A stretch of DNA of 64,000 nt from Cyanophyceae cyanobacterium (GTDB lineage Bacteria; Cyanobacteriota; Cyanobacteriia; Cyanobacteriales; Laspinemataceae). Position 1 is the stretch's first letter, and each line of letters opens with the position of its first letter. Of this stretch, positions 54,120 through 64,000 are shown piece by piece. The stretch lies in contig JBBQFN010000004.1 of assembly GCA_038321985.1 (NCBI GenBank), positions 128,001 through 192,000 of the forward strand, given 5' to 3'. The notes beneath the pieces are model-generated. The model made no database searches. It was not told the DNA's origin and saw only the letters and a list, made by a program, of their open reading frames with translations. The position numbers and the translations under genes are program-made.

Positions 54120-54908
54120 ATGCAACGTTTTTTAAGAATTGCTCCCACTCTCATTTCAGTTTACTATGCTTATATGTTGGAATACCGGGCGGAATTAGTG
54201 TTATGGGCGCTGTCCGGTTCTCTGCCTTTTATTTTAATGGGATTATGGCTAGAAGCGTCTCAAACTGGGGAGTTTGCCTTAGGGCCTGTAGAGTTTGCCC
54301 GTTATTTTTTAGCGGCGTTTATTGTCCGACAATTAAATGTAGTATGGGTGGTTTGGGAGTTTGAAAAAGAAGTGGTAGAAGGAAAACTTTCCATGCGGTT
54401 ATTACAACCGTTGGACCCGGGGTGGCATCACGTTGCTTCACATTTGGCTGAACGCGCGGCTCGTTTTCCCTTTATTATAGGCTTAGTTTTAGTATTTTTT
54501 GCCTTATACCCCGAGGCGTTTTGGATTCCTTCTTTGGGCCAAGTTTTGCTGTGGGTATTGGTGGTGACGATCGCCTTTTTCCTGAGATTTTTGATTCAAT
54601 ATACCTTTGCCCTTCTCTGCTTTTGGATCGAACGGGCAAATGCAATCGAGCAATTTTGGTTTTTATTCTATCTCTTTTTCTCGGGCATGATAGCCCCTTT
54701 AGAAGTGTTTCCAGACTCCGTGCGGCAAGTCGTTTTATGGACCCCTTTTCCCTACTTAATACACTTTCCAGCGGCGCTATTAGTGGGATTGCCGGTAGAT
54801 GTTATCCCTAGTCTCGCCATCATGTTAGGTTGGGTGGCCCTCTTTTGGATTGTAAATCGCTGGTTGTGGCGTCGTGGGTTGCGCCAATATTCCGGGATGG
54901 GTGCTTAA
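54120..54908 (+). CDS. ABC-2 type permease (DUF990-like)
   Basis: EYRA; V.EG.L...LL.P; SG...PL..FP; about six TM segments. Confidence 0.88.
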   Translation: MQRFLRIAPTLISVYYAYMLEYRAELVLWALSGSLPFILMGLWLEASQTGEFALGPVEFARYFLAAFIVRQLNVVWVVWEFEKEVVEGKLSMRLLQPLDPGWHHVASHLAERAARFPFIIGLVLVFFALYPEAFWIPSLGQVLLWVLVVTIAFFLRFLIQYTFALLCFWIERANAIEQFWFLFYLFFSGMIAPLEVFPDSVRQVVLWTPFPYLIHFPAALLVGLPVDVIPSLAIMLGWVALFWIVNRWLWRRGLRQYSGMGA

Positions 54909-55232
54909 TCGGGTAAACTGCTGAGGAAAGGGCGACTGCCAAATCAAGAATTTCCGATGAAAAGCCGTTTCATGGCGTATTTGAATAGCGGTTTGGAGGT
55001 GAATCATTTTCGTTAACATTTCTGGTGCTTCCTGAGATAGTTCCTCTCCATCATCGCCGGTTCAATTTCGAGGAATTATTCTCCTGTAGTTAAGGCAATT
55101 TCCTAAATATTTTTGACGAGTTGTTCTCTGTCCTTGAACCTATCACTCAAACCAAATTCCCCTGATTTAAATGAGGGGAAGCTGTCAAACCTTCCCTCTT
55201 CCTTCACCCCTAAAAAGAACCTGTCCAGTATC

Positions 55233-56429
55233 TTAGGACTGGATTTCACGAGGCAAAATTACGGTAAAGGTAGAACCCACATTCACTGCTGAAACCACCT
55301 CAATATTACCCTGCAATAATTTAACCAAACGAGAGACGATCGCCAGTCCCAATCCCGTACTATTGGGAAGAAACTTATTATCGCAACCCAGCACGCGGAA
55401 ATAAGGGTCGAAAATCTCCCCTTGGTCTTTTTCCTCAATCCCCACTCCTGTATCGCTAATGGCAATTTTCCACTCCTGTTCTGAGAGGATTTGACACTCA
55501 ATTCTCACCGTTCCTTCGTGGGTATAGCGCAGGGCATTACTCAGCAAATTAGTTAACACCTGCTGTAAACGTAACGGGTCCGTAATGATTTTTTCGGGAG
55601 CGTGCTCGCAATCTACCTCTAGCCTAATTTTTTTCTCTCTAGCGGTTGTCTCCACCATTTCTACGGTTTTATAAATCAAACTTTTAACCGGAGTTTCAAT
55701 CAGATGTAACGGCATTTTCCCCGCTTCATAACGGGAAATTTCTAAGGCATCATTAATCAATTGGAGCAACAGTCGTCCGCTGCGAAGTACCCTTTCAATA
55801 TGCTCCACATTCGGTAATGACTCTTGCACTTCCGGAAAATGTTTTTTCTGCTGGCGTAAAAATAGATCAGAATAGCCAATAATCGAAGTGAGTGGGGTTT
55901 TCAATTCATGGGCGAGGTGGGCGAAATTATCTTTATTTGCCCGCACTAACCGCGTGAGTTCTTGATTGGTAAGATTGAGTTGAGTTTGCAAGTCCTCTAA
56001 CTCTCTCAATCGTTCTTCTGTATAACTGCCGAAACAGCGTCCGATGACTTGATCCATTGCCTGATTAATCAAGCGGATAGCCCGAATAATCTCCTTCGGT
56101 TTTTTCTGTTCAAGTTCCGCTTCAAGGGCCGAAATAATCGTCTCTCGGGCTAAACCATATTCTCGGGCAATTTCTTGAGGTTCATAGCCTTGTTGCGCTC
56201 TAATATAGCCATGCTCTAATGCCGATTCTAACATTTTCCCTTCTTGATTTTCCGCCTCGGGGTCAAGAAAAGAAGCGAGCGCCTCGATAATAAGGGGCAG
56301 GGTATCGCGGATTTCCGGGTAGGGTAGGTGGTTCGCTGTGGGGATTGTTTCATCAGTACAAACCGCTGCAACCCACTCTTTGACAATCGATTCTTTTTTC
56401 TCTAATAAAAGTTGGCTAAAGTCGTTCAT
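55233..56429 (-). CDS. Soluble histidine kinase with RsbRD_N-like helical N-terminal domain
   Basis: I...W...V, EHG..R..QGY....I..EY pattern; AHELKTPL; NLLSNA; DTGVG; GLGL. Confidence 0.88.
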   Translation of the reverse strand: MNDFSQLLLEKKESIVKEWVAAVCTDETIPTANHLPYPEIRDTLPLIIEALASFLDPEAENQEGKMLESALEHGYIRAQQGYEPQEIAREYGLARETIISALEAELEQKKPKEIIRAIRLINQAMDQVIGRCFGSYTEERLRELEDLQTQLNLTNQELTRLVRANKDNFAHLAHELKTPLTSIIGYSDLFLRQQKKHFPEVQESLPNVEHIERVLRSGRLLLQLINDALEISRYEAGKMPLHLIETPVKSLIYKTVEMVETTAREKKIRLEVDCEHAPEKIITDPLRLQQVLTNLLSNALRYTHEGTVRIECQILSEQEWKIAISDTGVGIEEKDQGEIFDPYFRVLGCDNKFLPNSTGLGLAIVSRLVKLLQGNIEVVSAVNVGSTFTVILPREIQS

Positions 56430-56624
56430 GGCTGGTTTGATACCCTTAATTTTTTGTAAATTATTCCCCTAGATTACCTTAACCCCACAAAGATTTGCCT
56501 GGGTCGCGAAGTTGGTGTCTTTCGATTCTTGATCATTTCCCCAATCGGCGATCGCCGCGCTACCCTAAAAACAAACCCATTTTTTATCGTGATTCCCCTC
56601 TATCCTCTACAATCTTCACTCGAA

Positions 56625-57407
56625 ATGAGACGTTATTTTTTGGCCCTAACGCTATTTTGGAATACCGCCATCGCCGCTGAACTCGAATATCGGGTCAACT
56701 TTGCGATCGCTGCCCTCAGCAGCCTCGGAAACCTAGCAGGTAGTTGGTTTGCTTTATCCTTATTTTACAGGCCCGACTACAATTTTGCGGGGTGGCGATG
56801 GGAAGAAGCCCTGATGGTTCTGGGAGTGTTTACCATACTCCAAGGCTTTTCTTCCACATTCCTTGCCCCTAACCTAAATACCATCGTCCGCCAAGTGCAG
56901 GAAGGGACCCTTGACTTTGTGCTGCTTAAACCGATCAGTTCTCAATTTTGGCTATCCGCGCGGACTGTTTCCCTTTGGGGGCTGCCTGATATTATCTTGG
57001 GTTTACTTCTGATTCTCTATTCAGGTATTCGCTTAAATTTAGCCCCAACTAACTACTTTGTGAGCTTAATTCCGTTGTTTTTTGGAGCAATCAGCCTCTA
57101 CAGCCTCTGGTTTATGTTAGGGGCGATGAGTATTTGGTTTGTTAAAATATACAATGTAACCCAAGTGTTGCGCGGATTACTCGAAGCCGGTCGATTTCCA
57201 ATGGTAGCCTATCCCACCGCCTATCGGTTTTTCTTCACCTTTATCGTACCCGTGGCGTTTCTAACCACCGTACCTGCGGAGGCCGTTTTAGGGCGTGTTG
57301 AGTCCAGTTGGATTGCCGGGGCCGGATTCTTGGCGATCGCCCTCTTCTTCGCTTCAATGGCCTTCTGGCGCTTTGCCTTACGCTTTTATACCAGTGCCTC
57401 AAGCTAG
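56625..57407 (+). CDS. ABC-2 type permease (DUF990-like), second subunit
   Basis: EYR.NF; V.EGTLDFVLLKP..SQF; GRFP...YP; FYTSASS. Confidence 0.88.
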   Translation: MRRYFLALTLFWNTAIAAELEYRVNFAIAALSSLGNLAGSWFALSLFYRPDYNFAGWRWEEALMVLGVFTILQGFSSTFLAPNLNTIVRQVQEGTLDFVLLKPISSQFWLSARTVSLWGLPDIILGLLLILYSGIRLNLAPTNYFVSLIPLFFGAISLYSLWFMLGAMSIWFVKIYNVTQVLRGLLEAGRFPMVAYPTAYRFFFTFIVPVAFLTTVPAEAVLGRVESSWIAGAGFLAIALFFASMAFWRFALRFYTSASS

Positions 57408-57418
57408 AGGCTGAATCG

Positions 57419-57448
57419 GGTAGAGACGAGGGATTCACCGTCTCTACC
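57419..57448. repeat. GTAG-type REP palindrome, possibly terminating the convergent genes
   Basis: GGTAGAGACG-N10-CGTCTCTACC. Confidence 0.6.
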
Positions 57449-57480
57449 GTTGTCACTCCTGCTCATTTAAGATTTACTTC

Positions 57481-57774
57481 TCACAGGGGGAGACAGCAGG
57501 GCAGAACCACACAGCCTAATCCAGCATTTGACGTTCCTTTTAAGGCTTGATGGGCATTCGCACAAGCGCGGAAACGTTCCCGAGAAAGGGCGATGGCAGA
57601 TGTGAAATTTTCATGACTAAACGTCCGATAGATAAAATCGGAACAGGACTCGTCTTGATGTAAGGTTCGATGAGCGCAGGCAAAGCCTTTCCGGGGGGAA
57701 AGATGGATTTTATAGGCGGCGATCGCCTCTAGGGTCAGCCCTCGGGCGATCGCGTCAACGTTGGTGATTTGCAT
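57481..57774 (-). CDS. YidD-like (membrane protein insertion efficiency factor family) protein
   Basis: I..Y...LSP.KGF.CAHR......SCS and RF..C motifs. Confidence 0.7.
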   Translation of the reverse strand: MQITNVDAIARGLTLEAIAAYKIHLSPRKGFACAHRTLHQDESCSDFIYRTFSHENFTSAIALSRERFRACANAHQALKGTSNAGLGCVVLPCCLPL

Positions 57775-57942
57775 TGCTGATTTTTGGCGTAAATTCTAGC
57801 TACTTTCTACTACATCTCCTCTTTTCTTTTCTCTATCAAAAGGAAGAAATACTCTAACAAGAGTCTCTTCCTCAAAGATTGGGTAGACCAAAATTCTTTA
57901 TCTACAATTAATCAGAGTTACTATACAATTCCTCAAAAATGA

Positions 57943-58071
57943 TATAGCGACCCTAAATAAAATTAACAAGTTTTTAATGGAGTGGGAGCATCTTACTCCC
58001 TTACTACTTTAAAAAGCAAGATGCTCCAGGGGAGGAATTTGAGGGGTAGAATAATTTAGCGGCGCTCTATA
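57943..58071. mobile_element. Divergent MITE-like element, copy C
   Basis: TATAGCGACCCTAAAT ... ATTTAGCGGCGCTCTATA ends; core GGAGCATCTT...AAGATGCTCC. Confidence 0.5.
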
Positions 58072-58175
58072 AGAGGCTGATTTTAGAGCGACTTAACGAC
58101 CCATTTACCGGATTTTTAGAAGAGAACTTATTAACTTTTATAAAAGGCACTTTGTGGATACGTTCATGTTCCCTA

Positions 58176-58231
58176 AACCCTGAAAGAGACGCGAAATTTC
58201 GCGTCTCTAAATCTTGTTTTAATTCAGGGTT
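58176..58231. repeat. REP-like perfect palindrome downstream of purF (probable terminator)
   Basis: AGAGACGCGAAATTTCGCGTCTCT (58185-58208) inside AACCCTGAA / TTCAGGGTT. Confidence 0.6.
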
Positions 58232-58253
58232 GCTGTAACCAGAGGATTGAGTA

Positions 58254-59780
58254 TTACACCTGTACCGCTTTCTCCAGAATCAGCTTAGAACGTTTCACAG
58301 GGTCAGGGATTTGAATCGGATAATCTCCAGTGAAACAGGCTGAACAGAAGCGGTTGGGGTCTTCTCCCGTTGCGACAAGCATTCCCTCCCAACTTAAATA
58401 AGCCAGAGAGTCTACTTCGATTTGTGCTTCTATCTCGGCTACGGTTTTAGTTGCGGCAATCAGTTGATCCTGACTGTCGGTATCGATGCCGTAGAAGCAG
58501 GGATGAGTCACAGGGGGGGATGAAATTCTCATGTGCACTTCCGTTGCCCCCGCATCCCGCAGGGCTTTAACGATTTTGCGACTGGTGGTACCGCGCACGA
58601 TGGAATCATCCACCATCAAGACTCGCTTGCCGACGAGGACATCTTTAAGGGGATTGAGCTTCATCTTAATCCCAGACTCCCTCATGTGCTGAGTGGGTTG
58701 GATGAAGGTACGCCCAACATAACGGTTTTTAATCAGTCCTTCAGCGTAGGGAATCCCCGATGACTGGGAATAGCCGATCGCCGCTGGAATGCCGGAGTCG
58801 GGAACGCCAATGACGATATCCACATCAGCCGGAGATTCTTGTGCCAGTTGTCGTCCCAGTTGCAGGCGATAGCTATACAATGACTCATTGCACATGATGC
58901 TATCGGGTCGCGCAAAGTATATCATTTCAAAGATACAAAGTTTGCGCTGGGATTCTTGACTCCAATGGAAAGAGGCTAATCCTTCTTCCCCAATCCAGAC
59001 TAATTCTCCCGGTTCCACATCGCGCAGGTATTCTGCACCAATGATGTCTAACCCACAGGTTTCGGACGCCAGAACATAGCGGCTGGGATTGCCCTCTAAG
59101 ATGCCAATCACCAAGGGACGAATGCCGTTAGGGTCCCTGGCTCCCATGATGCCTTTCGGGGTAGCGATCGCCAAGCTATAGGCTCCCTTACAGCGATGAA
59201 AGGCGCTGATAGTGGCATCTAACCAGTCTTTGCCCTTGTCTACTTCCAACCCGATCGCCAGGGCAATCATTTCTGAATCCGTTGTCGTGACGAGGTTGCA
59301 CTTTTGTTCGATCAACTCTTGACCCAGCACTGCCGTATTGACAAGATTGCCATTATGTGCTAAGGCTAAGGGACCTAACCGCGTTTGCACGATCGCCGGT
59401 TGAGCATTCACCACCCGACTCGTTCCCGTCGTCGAATACCGGGTATGTCCCACCGCCAAATGTCCCGGTAATTCCTCTAGAATCGTCTCATTAAAGACTT
59501 GGGACACTAGCCCCATCCCTTTATGGAGATGCACCTCGCCATTGCTATCAAAAGTGGCAATTCCTGCGGATTCTTGGCCCCGATGCTGAAGGGCATAGAG
59601 ACCAAAATAGGTCATTTTCGCCACATCTTCACCGGGGGCATAAACTCCAAACACGCCACAGGCTTCTTCGGGTTTATCCGGGCGGTTGGACATAGCCGGG
59701 TTAACCTCAGTGGGTTCACTCAAAGACCCTGCGGATGCAGGATAATGCTCGTCAGAGGACAAGGGACGATTGGGGATCAT
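58254..59780 (-). CDS. purF: Amidophosphoribosyltransferase
   Basis: Propeptide then EACGVFG; QHRGQ; GHTRYST; VDDSIVRGTT; C..CF.G.YP. Confidence 0.98.
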   Translation of the reverse strand: MIPNRPLSSDEHYPASAGSLSEPTEVNPAMSNRPDKPEEACGVFGVYAPGEDVAKMTYFGLYALQHRGQESAGIATFDSNGEVHLHKGMGLVSQVFNETILEELPGHLAVGHTRYSTTGTSRVVNAQPAIVQTRLGPLALAHNGNLVNTAVLGQELIEQKCNLVTTTDSEMIALAIGLEVDKGKDWLDATISAFHRCKGAYSLAIATPKGIMGARDPNGIRPLVIGILEGNPSRYVLASETCGLDIIGAEYLRDVEPGELVWIGEEGLASFHWSQESQRKLCIFEMIYFARPDSIMCNESLYSYRLQLGRQLAQESPADVDIVIGVPDSGIPAAIGYSQSSGIPYAEGLIKNRYVGRTFIQPTQHMRESGIKMKLNPLKDVLVGKRVLMVDDSIVRGTTSRKIVKALRDAGATEVHMRISSPPVTHPCFYGIDTDSQDQLIAATKTVAEIEAQIEVDSLAYLSWEGMLVATGEDPNRFCSACFTGDYPIQIPDPVKRSKLILEKAVQV

Positions 59781-59813
59781 GCTTACGGCTTCGCTCCTGT
59801 TTGGGGTAGTAGA

Positions 59814-62800
59814 TCAACCGGGAAGGTTTGGGGATGCAGATAGGCGACGTTCGATGGCATTCGACCAGCGATCGCGCATATCTGCCATACTAACGTCAAT
59901 TAAGGGAAGGTTAACATCGGAATTAACGATTAAAGCTGTCTGGATATCCGATACTTCCCCAATTTTTTGCCAACTTCCTGCCAAGTGCTCTTGTAAATAA
60001 GATTCCCAGTTTTCCACCTGTTCTGGCGAAACCGAGACTACAATTCGAGCACCGCCTTCGGCAAATAAAATTTCATCCCAGCGTGAGAGGCTTGATACAT
60101 CGGTATTTAAGGTAATTTTCGCCCCTAAATTCCCGCTAATACAGGATTCAGCCAACGCCACCAGTAAGCCGCCCTCTGCCGAATCGTGGGCTGATTGTAT
60201 CCACCCTTGGCGAATCCCTTCCCGACAGGTAGCTTGGACTTGTCGTTCCAACTGATAATCCACCACAGGCGGTTTCCCGGCAACAGTTCCATGAATGGCG
60301 GCTAAATATTCCGAACCGCCTAAAGAAACAGTTTTGGTAATAGCAGCGATCGGTAATCCTAATAGATAAATCCCATCCCCGGGATTGCGCCACCCTTGTC
60401 CACAAACTTGGCTAATATCTGGAATCAACCCCACCATGCCAATCACCGGGGTGGGATAAATCGGGGTGGGTTTCCCATTGGCATCGAGGGTTTCATTGTA
60501 CAGAGAGACATTCCCTCCAGTCACCGGAGTAGAAAACTCGCTACAAGCCTCAGAAATGCCTTTGCAAGCCGATGCTAACTGCCAATAGCCAATGGGTTTT
60601 TCGGGACTACCGAAATTGAGATTATCCGTCACGGCAATCGGTTCGGCACCAACACAGCTTAAATTGCGGGCAGCTTCTGCCACCACTGCCTTTGCCCCTT
60701 CGTAGGGGTCCAGATACACATATCGGGAATTGCAATCTACCGTAGCGGCAACCCCGCGATGAGTGGCTGGAGTGGAGGAGAGGGGTTCTTGAGGGCGTAA
60801 CCGAACCACTGCCGCATCTCCTCCTCCAGGCAACAAGACGGTATTATTCTGCACCTGATGATCATATTGCCGATATACCCACCGCTTCGAGGCGATCGTG
60901 GGGGTATCTAACAATTGCAGTAAAATCTCAGTCCAACTCTGGGATTTGCCTTGAATCTCGATGCCTTCAGCAGTGCAAGGGGGAAGAGTAGCGGGAGTCC
61001 ACTGCCATGCTTTTTGGGCGTATTCTGGAGGTTCTGCCATTAACTGGCGATCGTAAATTGGCGTATCTTCGGCTAAAGCGCGACAGGGGATTTCAGCAGC
61101 AACTCCCCCTTGATGGAGAATCCGCACAATGGGTTCAGCAATCACCGTCCCTGCCACTACCGCCTGAAGTCCCCAACGATGGAAAATATCAATCAGTTCT
61201 TGTTCCCGTCCCTTGTGTGCCACAAACAGCATCCGTTCCTGGGATTCCGAGAGGAGGAATTCGTAAGGAACCATGCCAGTTTCGCGGACTGGAATTAAGT
61301 CTAAATCCAATTCAATACCGAGATTACCTTTCGCTGCCATTTCTGAGGTGGAACAGGTAATTCCCGCAGCCCCCATATCCTGCGCGGCAACCACTGCGCC
61401 GGTGTTGAAGGCTTCTAAACAGGCTTCAATCAGGGATTTTTCGAGGAAGGGGTCGCCAACTTGTACCGCAGGGCGATCGTCTGCGGATTTATCGGTGAGC
61501 TCTGCACTAGCAAAACTTGCCCCTCCCATACCATCTCTGCCGGTGGTAGAACCGACATAGAGGACGGGGTTACCAACACCGGAAGCACCGGATTTGACAA
61601 TTTCGGGAGTTTCCATAATCCCTAATGCCATGACATTGACGAGGGGATTGCCGGTATAGGCGCGATCGAAGTAAACCTCACCGCCTACGGTGGGGACTCC
61701 AACACAGTTATGGGTGACAATGCCGGAGGTGGTGACAAACAGATGAGTATTGTCCACTTCAATATCGTAGACATCGCATTCCTCAACGGCATTCGTTTCG
61801 ATGTTCTTAATTTTGACAAATGCCAGTTCATTGGAGATGGAATAACGGGGGAATGAATATTTTGTCCCGTTATAACGTTCCAACGCGGTTGCTAATTCGG
61901 CGTTGCGTTCTTCTCCAAAAACATCAGCTAATGCGGTGAGCCCGTAGACATTGCTAACGTCCATTTGCCACAAGGCCTTCCGCTGACAGATGCGGCCTTG
62001 GATATTGGTTTCTTTGGCGGGTTGTTGATAGATTAGCGGAATAGCTCCGAAGCTCTGCATGAGCAAAGTCACTTGCTCAAACAGTTTATGGCTGGTCGTG
62101 GCAAAGCTAATTTTGGCATGATTGCCATGAGTTTTGGTGGTTAGAGAACCATCGCCGCGTAACAAGCCTTTGAGTGCCTCACGCTGTAAACAACGAGGCC
62201 ATTGGAAGATAAAATCGGGTAAGGCTTTATGACTAGCGTCACTGCCACATTGCCACACTTCTTTTAAGAGATAACCCAACAGCCAGGATGTGGCATAAAC
62301 GGCGATCGTAGACTCGCGGTTTTCCACGCATGGGCGTAGTCCGAGGGTTTTGAGTCCATCCATGACGTCATGAACGTATTCGTTTTCATGGAGACCAAAG
62401 GTGAAAATTATTTTATAGGTATTGCCATTTTCAGAAACGCAGCCTTCCGAGAGGTAGTAGCCGAGTAAACGTGCGAATGTTTCATCCGGCTGAATGATGG
62501 CATTCATGTAGTTAGCTTTGCCGCTGCGCCGATAGAGGCGGATGCTACTGCGCGATACGTCGAGGAGAGGTTCTAATTTGAGAAAATAGGGCAGGGGTAA
62601 TATGCCTTTGCTGAGATATCGATGCCGATTAACGGGGGAAGGTTCGATGGAACGCAAGGCATCACGGATTTCGGTTGAAATCTGCCACTCTGGAGGGAGA
62701 TCAACGTAAACGTCTTGATTTCCGAGATAGCGATCGTCTAAGGCATCCAGCAGATCCAATGCGGGAACTTCCCCAGTGGATTCTGTCTGTGGGGAGGGCA

Positions 62801-63632
62801 TATTAATCAGGATAGGAAGAAGATCCCCCTGCTTTAGTCTGTCGGCATTGCGAGTCTGCCACACTCCTTCTTCTAAAATGCACATCGGATGATCCGTGGT
62901 CATCGTCAGGGTCCGACCCAATGCTGTGCGGATGGTAATTAAGTTGGTGGTGCGTCGTTTGAAGACGTGGCGAACGGGTTGCCAGCAACTCTGCTGGGTA
63001 TTAGGTTCCAGAGAGAGGGTTTCAATGCCAGCAGTTGGATCGAGTTCTGCGGTGGTTTGATTTTGGGGTAAATGGGATTCGACAAAGTTGCCGATGGTAT
63101 CGAAATGAACGCCATTTTTATCCCGCCAGATTAGGGTTTCGGTGGGAATCAAGCAATTACCGTAATGTGAAATCCCTTCTACAACGCCGGTGAAGATGCG
63201 GCGAGTGCGGGGGTCTTCGATATTTCCGAAGCGGAGGGAGTTGAGAAGGGCGATCGGGCGTGCACCCATTGTAAAGATATCTCGGAGGATACCGCCAACC
63301 CCGGTGGCTGCACCTTGGAAGGGTTCGATCGCCGAGGGGTGGTTGTGGGATTCGATTTTGAAGGCAAGGCGCAAACCGTCTCCACAGTCTATCACCCCGG
63401 CATTTTCTCCAGGACCGACTAGGATGCGATCGCCGGTGGTGGGAAACTGTTTCAGCAGGGGACGGGAGTTCTTATAACAACAGTGTTCGGACCACATCAC
63501 GCCAAACATTCCCAATTCTGCTTTATTGGGATGACGTCCTAGGCGTTTGACGATTTCTTCATATTCTGCCGGTTTCAGACTTTCGGCAGCGATTTCTTCG
63601 GGAGAAAAGGGGGCGTTTGAGATTGCAGACAT
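59814..63632 (-). CDS. purL: Phosphoribosylformylglycinamidine synthase subunit PurL, intein-containing precursor (789 aa after splicing)
   Basis: [40 protein letters not shown] and GGNVSLYN motifs; interrupted at YGN/CVG. Confidence 0.97.
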   Translation of the reverse strand: MSAISNAPFSPEEIAAESLKPAEYEEIVKRLGRHPNKAELGMFGVMWSEHCCYKNSRPLLKQFPTTGDRILVGPGENAGVIDCGDGLRLAFKIESHNHPSAIEPFQGAATGVGGILRDIFTMGARPIALLNSLRFGNIEDPRTRRIFTGVVEGISHYGNCLIPTETLIWRDKNGVHFDTIGNFVESHLPQNQTTAELDPTAGIETLSLEPNTQQSCWQPVRHVFKRRTTNLITIRTALGRTLTMTTDHPMCILEEGVWQTRNADRLKQGDLLPILINMPSPQTESTGEVPALDLLDALDDRYLGNQDVYVDLPPEWQISTEIRDALRSIEPSPVNRHRYLSKGILPLPYFLKLEPLLDVSRSSIRLYRRSGKANYMNAIIQPDETFARLLGYYLSEGCVSENGNTYKIIFTFGLHENEYVHDVMDGLKTLGLRPCVENRESTIAVYATSWLLGYLLKEVWQCGSDASHKALPDFIFQWPRCLQREALKGLLRGDGSLTTKTHGNHAKISFATTSHKLFEQVTLLMQSFGAIPLIYQQPAKETNIQGRICQRKALWQMDVSNVYGLTALADVFGEERNAELATALERYNGTKYSFPRYSISNELAFVKIKNIETNAVEECDVYDIEVDNTHLFVTTSGIVTHNCVGVPTVGGEVYFDRAYTGNPLVNVMALGIMETPEIVKSGASGVGNPVLYVGSTTGRDGMGGASFASAELTDKSADDRPAVQVGDPFLEKSLIEACLEAFNTGAVVAAQDMGAAGITCSTSEMAAKGNLGIELDLDLIPVRETGMVPYEFLLSESQERMLFVAHKGREQELIDIFHRWGLQAVVAGTVIAEPIVRILHQGGVAAEIPCRALAEDTPIYDRQLMAEPPEYAQKAWQWTPATLPPCTAEGIEIQGKSQSWTEILLQLLDTPTIASKRWVYRQYDHQVQNNTVLLPGGGDAAVVRLRPQEPLSSTPATHRGVAATVDCNSRYVYLDPYEGAKAVVAEAARNLSCVGAEPIAVTDNLNFGSPEKPIGYWQLASACKGISEACSEFSTPVTGGNVSLYNETLDANGKPTPIYPTPVIGMVGLIPDISQVCGQGWRNPGDGIYLLGLPIAAITKTVSLGGSEYLAAIHGTVAGKPPVVDYQLERQVQATCREGIRQGWIQSAHDSAEGGLLVALAESCISGNLGAKITLNTDVSSLSRWDEILFAEGGARIVVSVSPEQVENWESYLQEHLAGSWQKIGEVSDIQTALIVNSDVNLPLIDVSMADMRDRWSNAIERRLSASPNLPG
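61707..63155 (-). mobile_element. Intein with LAGLIDADG homing endonuclease (483 aa)
   Basis: Block A CLIPTET; block [15 protein letters not shown] and [10 protein letters not shown]; block F VYDIEV..THLF; block G IVTHN followed by Cys+1. Confidence 0.96.
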
Positions 63633-63766
63633 GGATTAGGGCGTTGCACCAGAGTACAGTAACCCTATTTTATCTGGACTTGGGCCATTCCTACCCATTG
63701 ATATGTTTATCCTAACAATTCCCCTAATGCTGAGTGGATCTAGCTACAGCCTCAGCTATGGCATAA

Positions 63767-63934
63767 TGGGGACGGTTTGCTGTCAATCGAAAACTGCTCA
63801 AAGATGAGCCAACTTTGGAGGGTGTGACCCCAGGACATCCGTTAGATGAAGTTGACGACCTGTTGGAGGGTAAAGTAGAACAGTGGAGCGATCGCGCACG
63901 ATACTCTAAATGGGACCAGCAAATCATATCGTAA
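63767..63934 (+). pseudogene. Possible fragment of an SNF2-type helicase gene
   Basis: Stop-bounded frame with no upstream start, reading FAVNRKLLKDEPTLEGVTPGHPL; recalls a segment of SNF2/DUF3883 helicases. Confidence 0.3.
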
Positions 63935-64000
63935 TGTCTCGGAACGAACCGCACAATAGATTATGGTCGTCGAGACTCTATAACCCGATGGCACCCATCG

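Noticed and set aside
61707..63155. Lack of perfect HIP1 sites in the intein as proof of recent transfer
   Set aside because: By eye the purL exteins contain only about two perfect sites, so the contrast is not informative.
63724..63954. 76-aa minus-strand ORF upstream of purL as purS
   Set aside because: No PurS-like motifs; Ser-rich shadow of the opposite-strand fragment.

Overview
Core-chromosome window of a filamentous cyanobacterium: the HIP1 octamer GCGATCGC is very frequent and a cpc operon is present. An Oscillatoriales/Laspinema-like assignment is inference only. Housekeeping and photosynthesis genes: pds-crtB, rbp3/rbpG-type RNA-binding protein, cpcBACDEF, tRNA-Thr(UGU), icd, aspS, corA, tenA, rnpB-rnc, ictB, GUN4, a P-type ATPase, recF, an ABC exporter and purL-purF. 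Signalling genes are numerous (EAL protein, Ser/Thr kinase-WD40, REC-PP2C plus STAS, three orphan histidine kinases, a LuxR response regulator). I found no CRISPR array, prophage or complete defence system. The clearest unusual element is a 483-aa intein with a LAGLIDADG homing endonuclease inside purL. Other items worth follow-up: a ~130-bp MITE-like family carrying a REP-like core (two clear copies and one divergent copy), nested REP-type repeats inside the cpc operon, a His-rich tail on CpcD, several apparently degenerate enzymes, a kinase splitting the ABC operon and a solo IS630-type HTH gene. No database searches were run, so family calls rest on recognised motifs.
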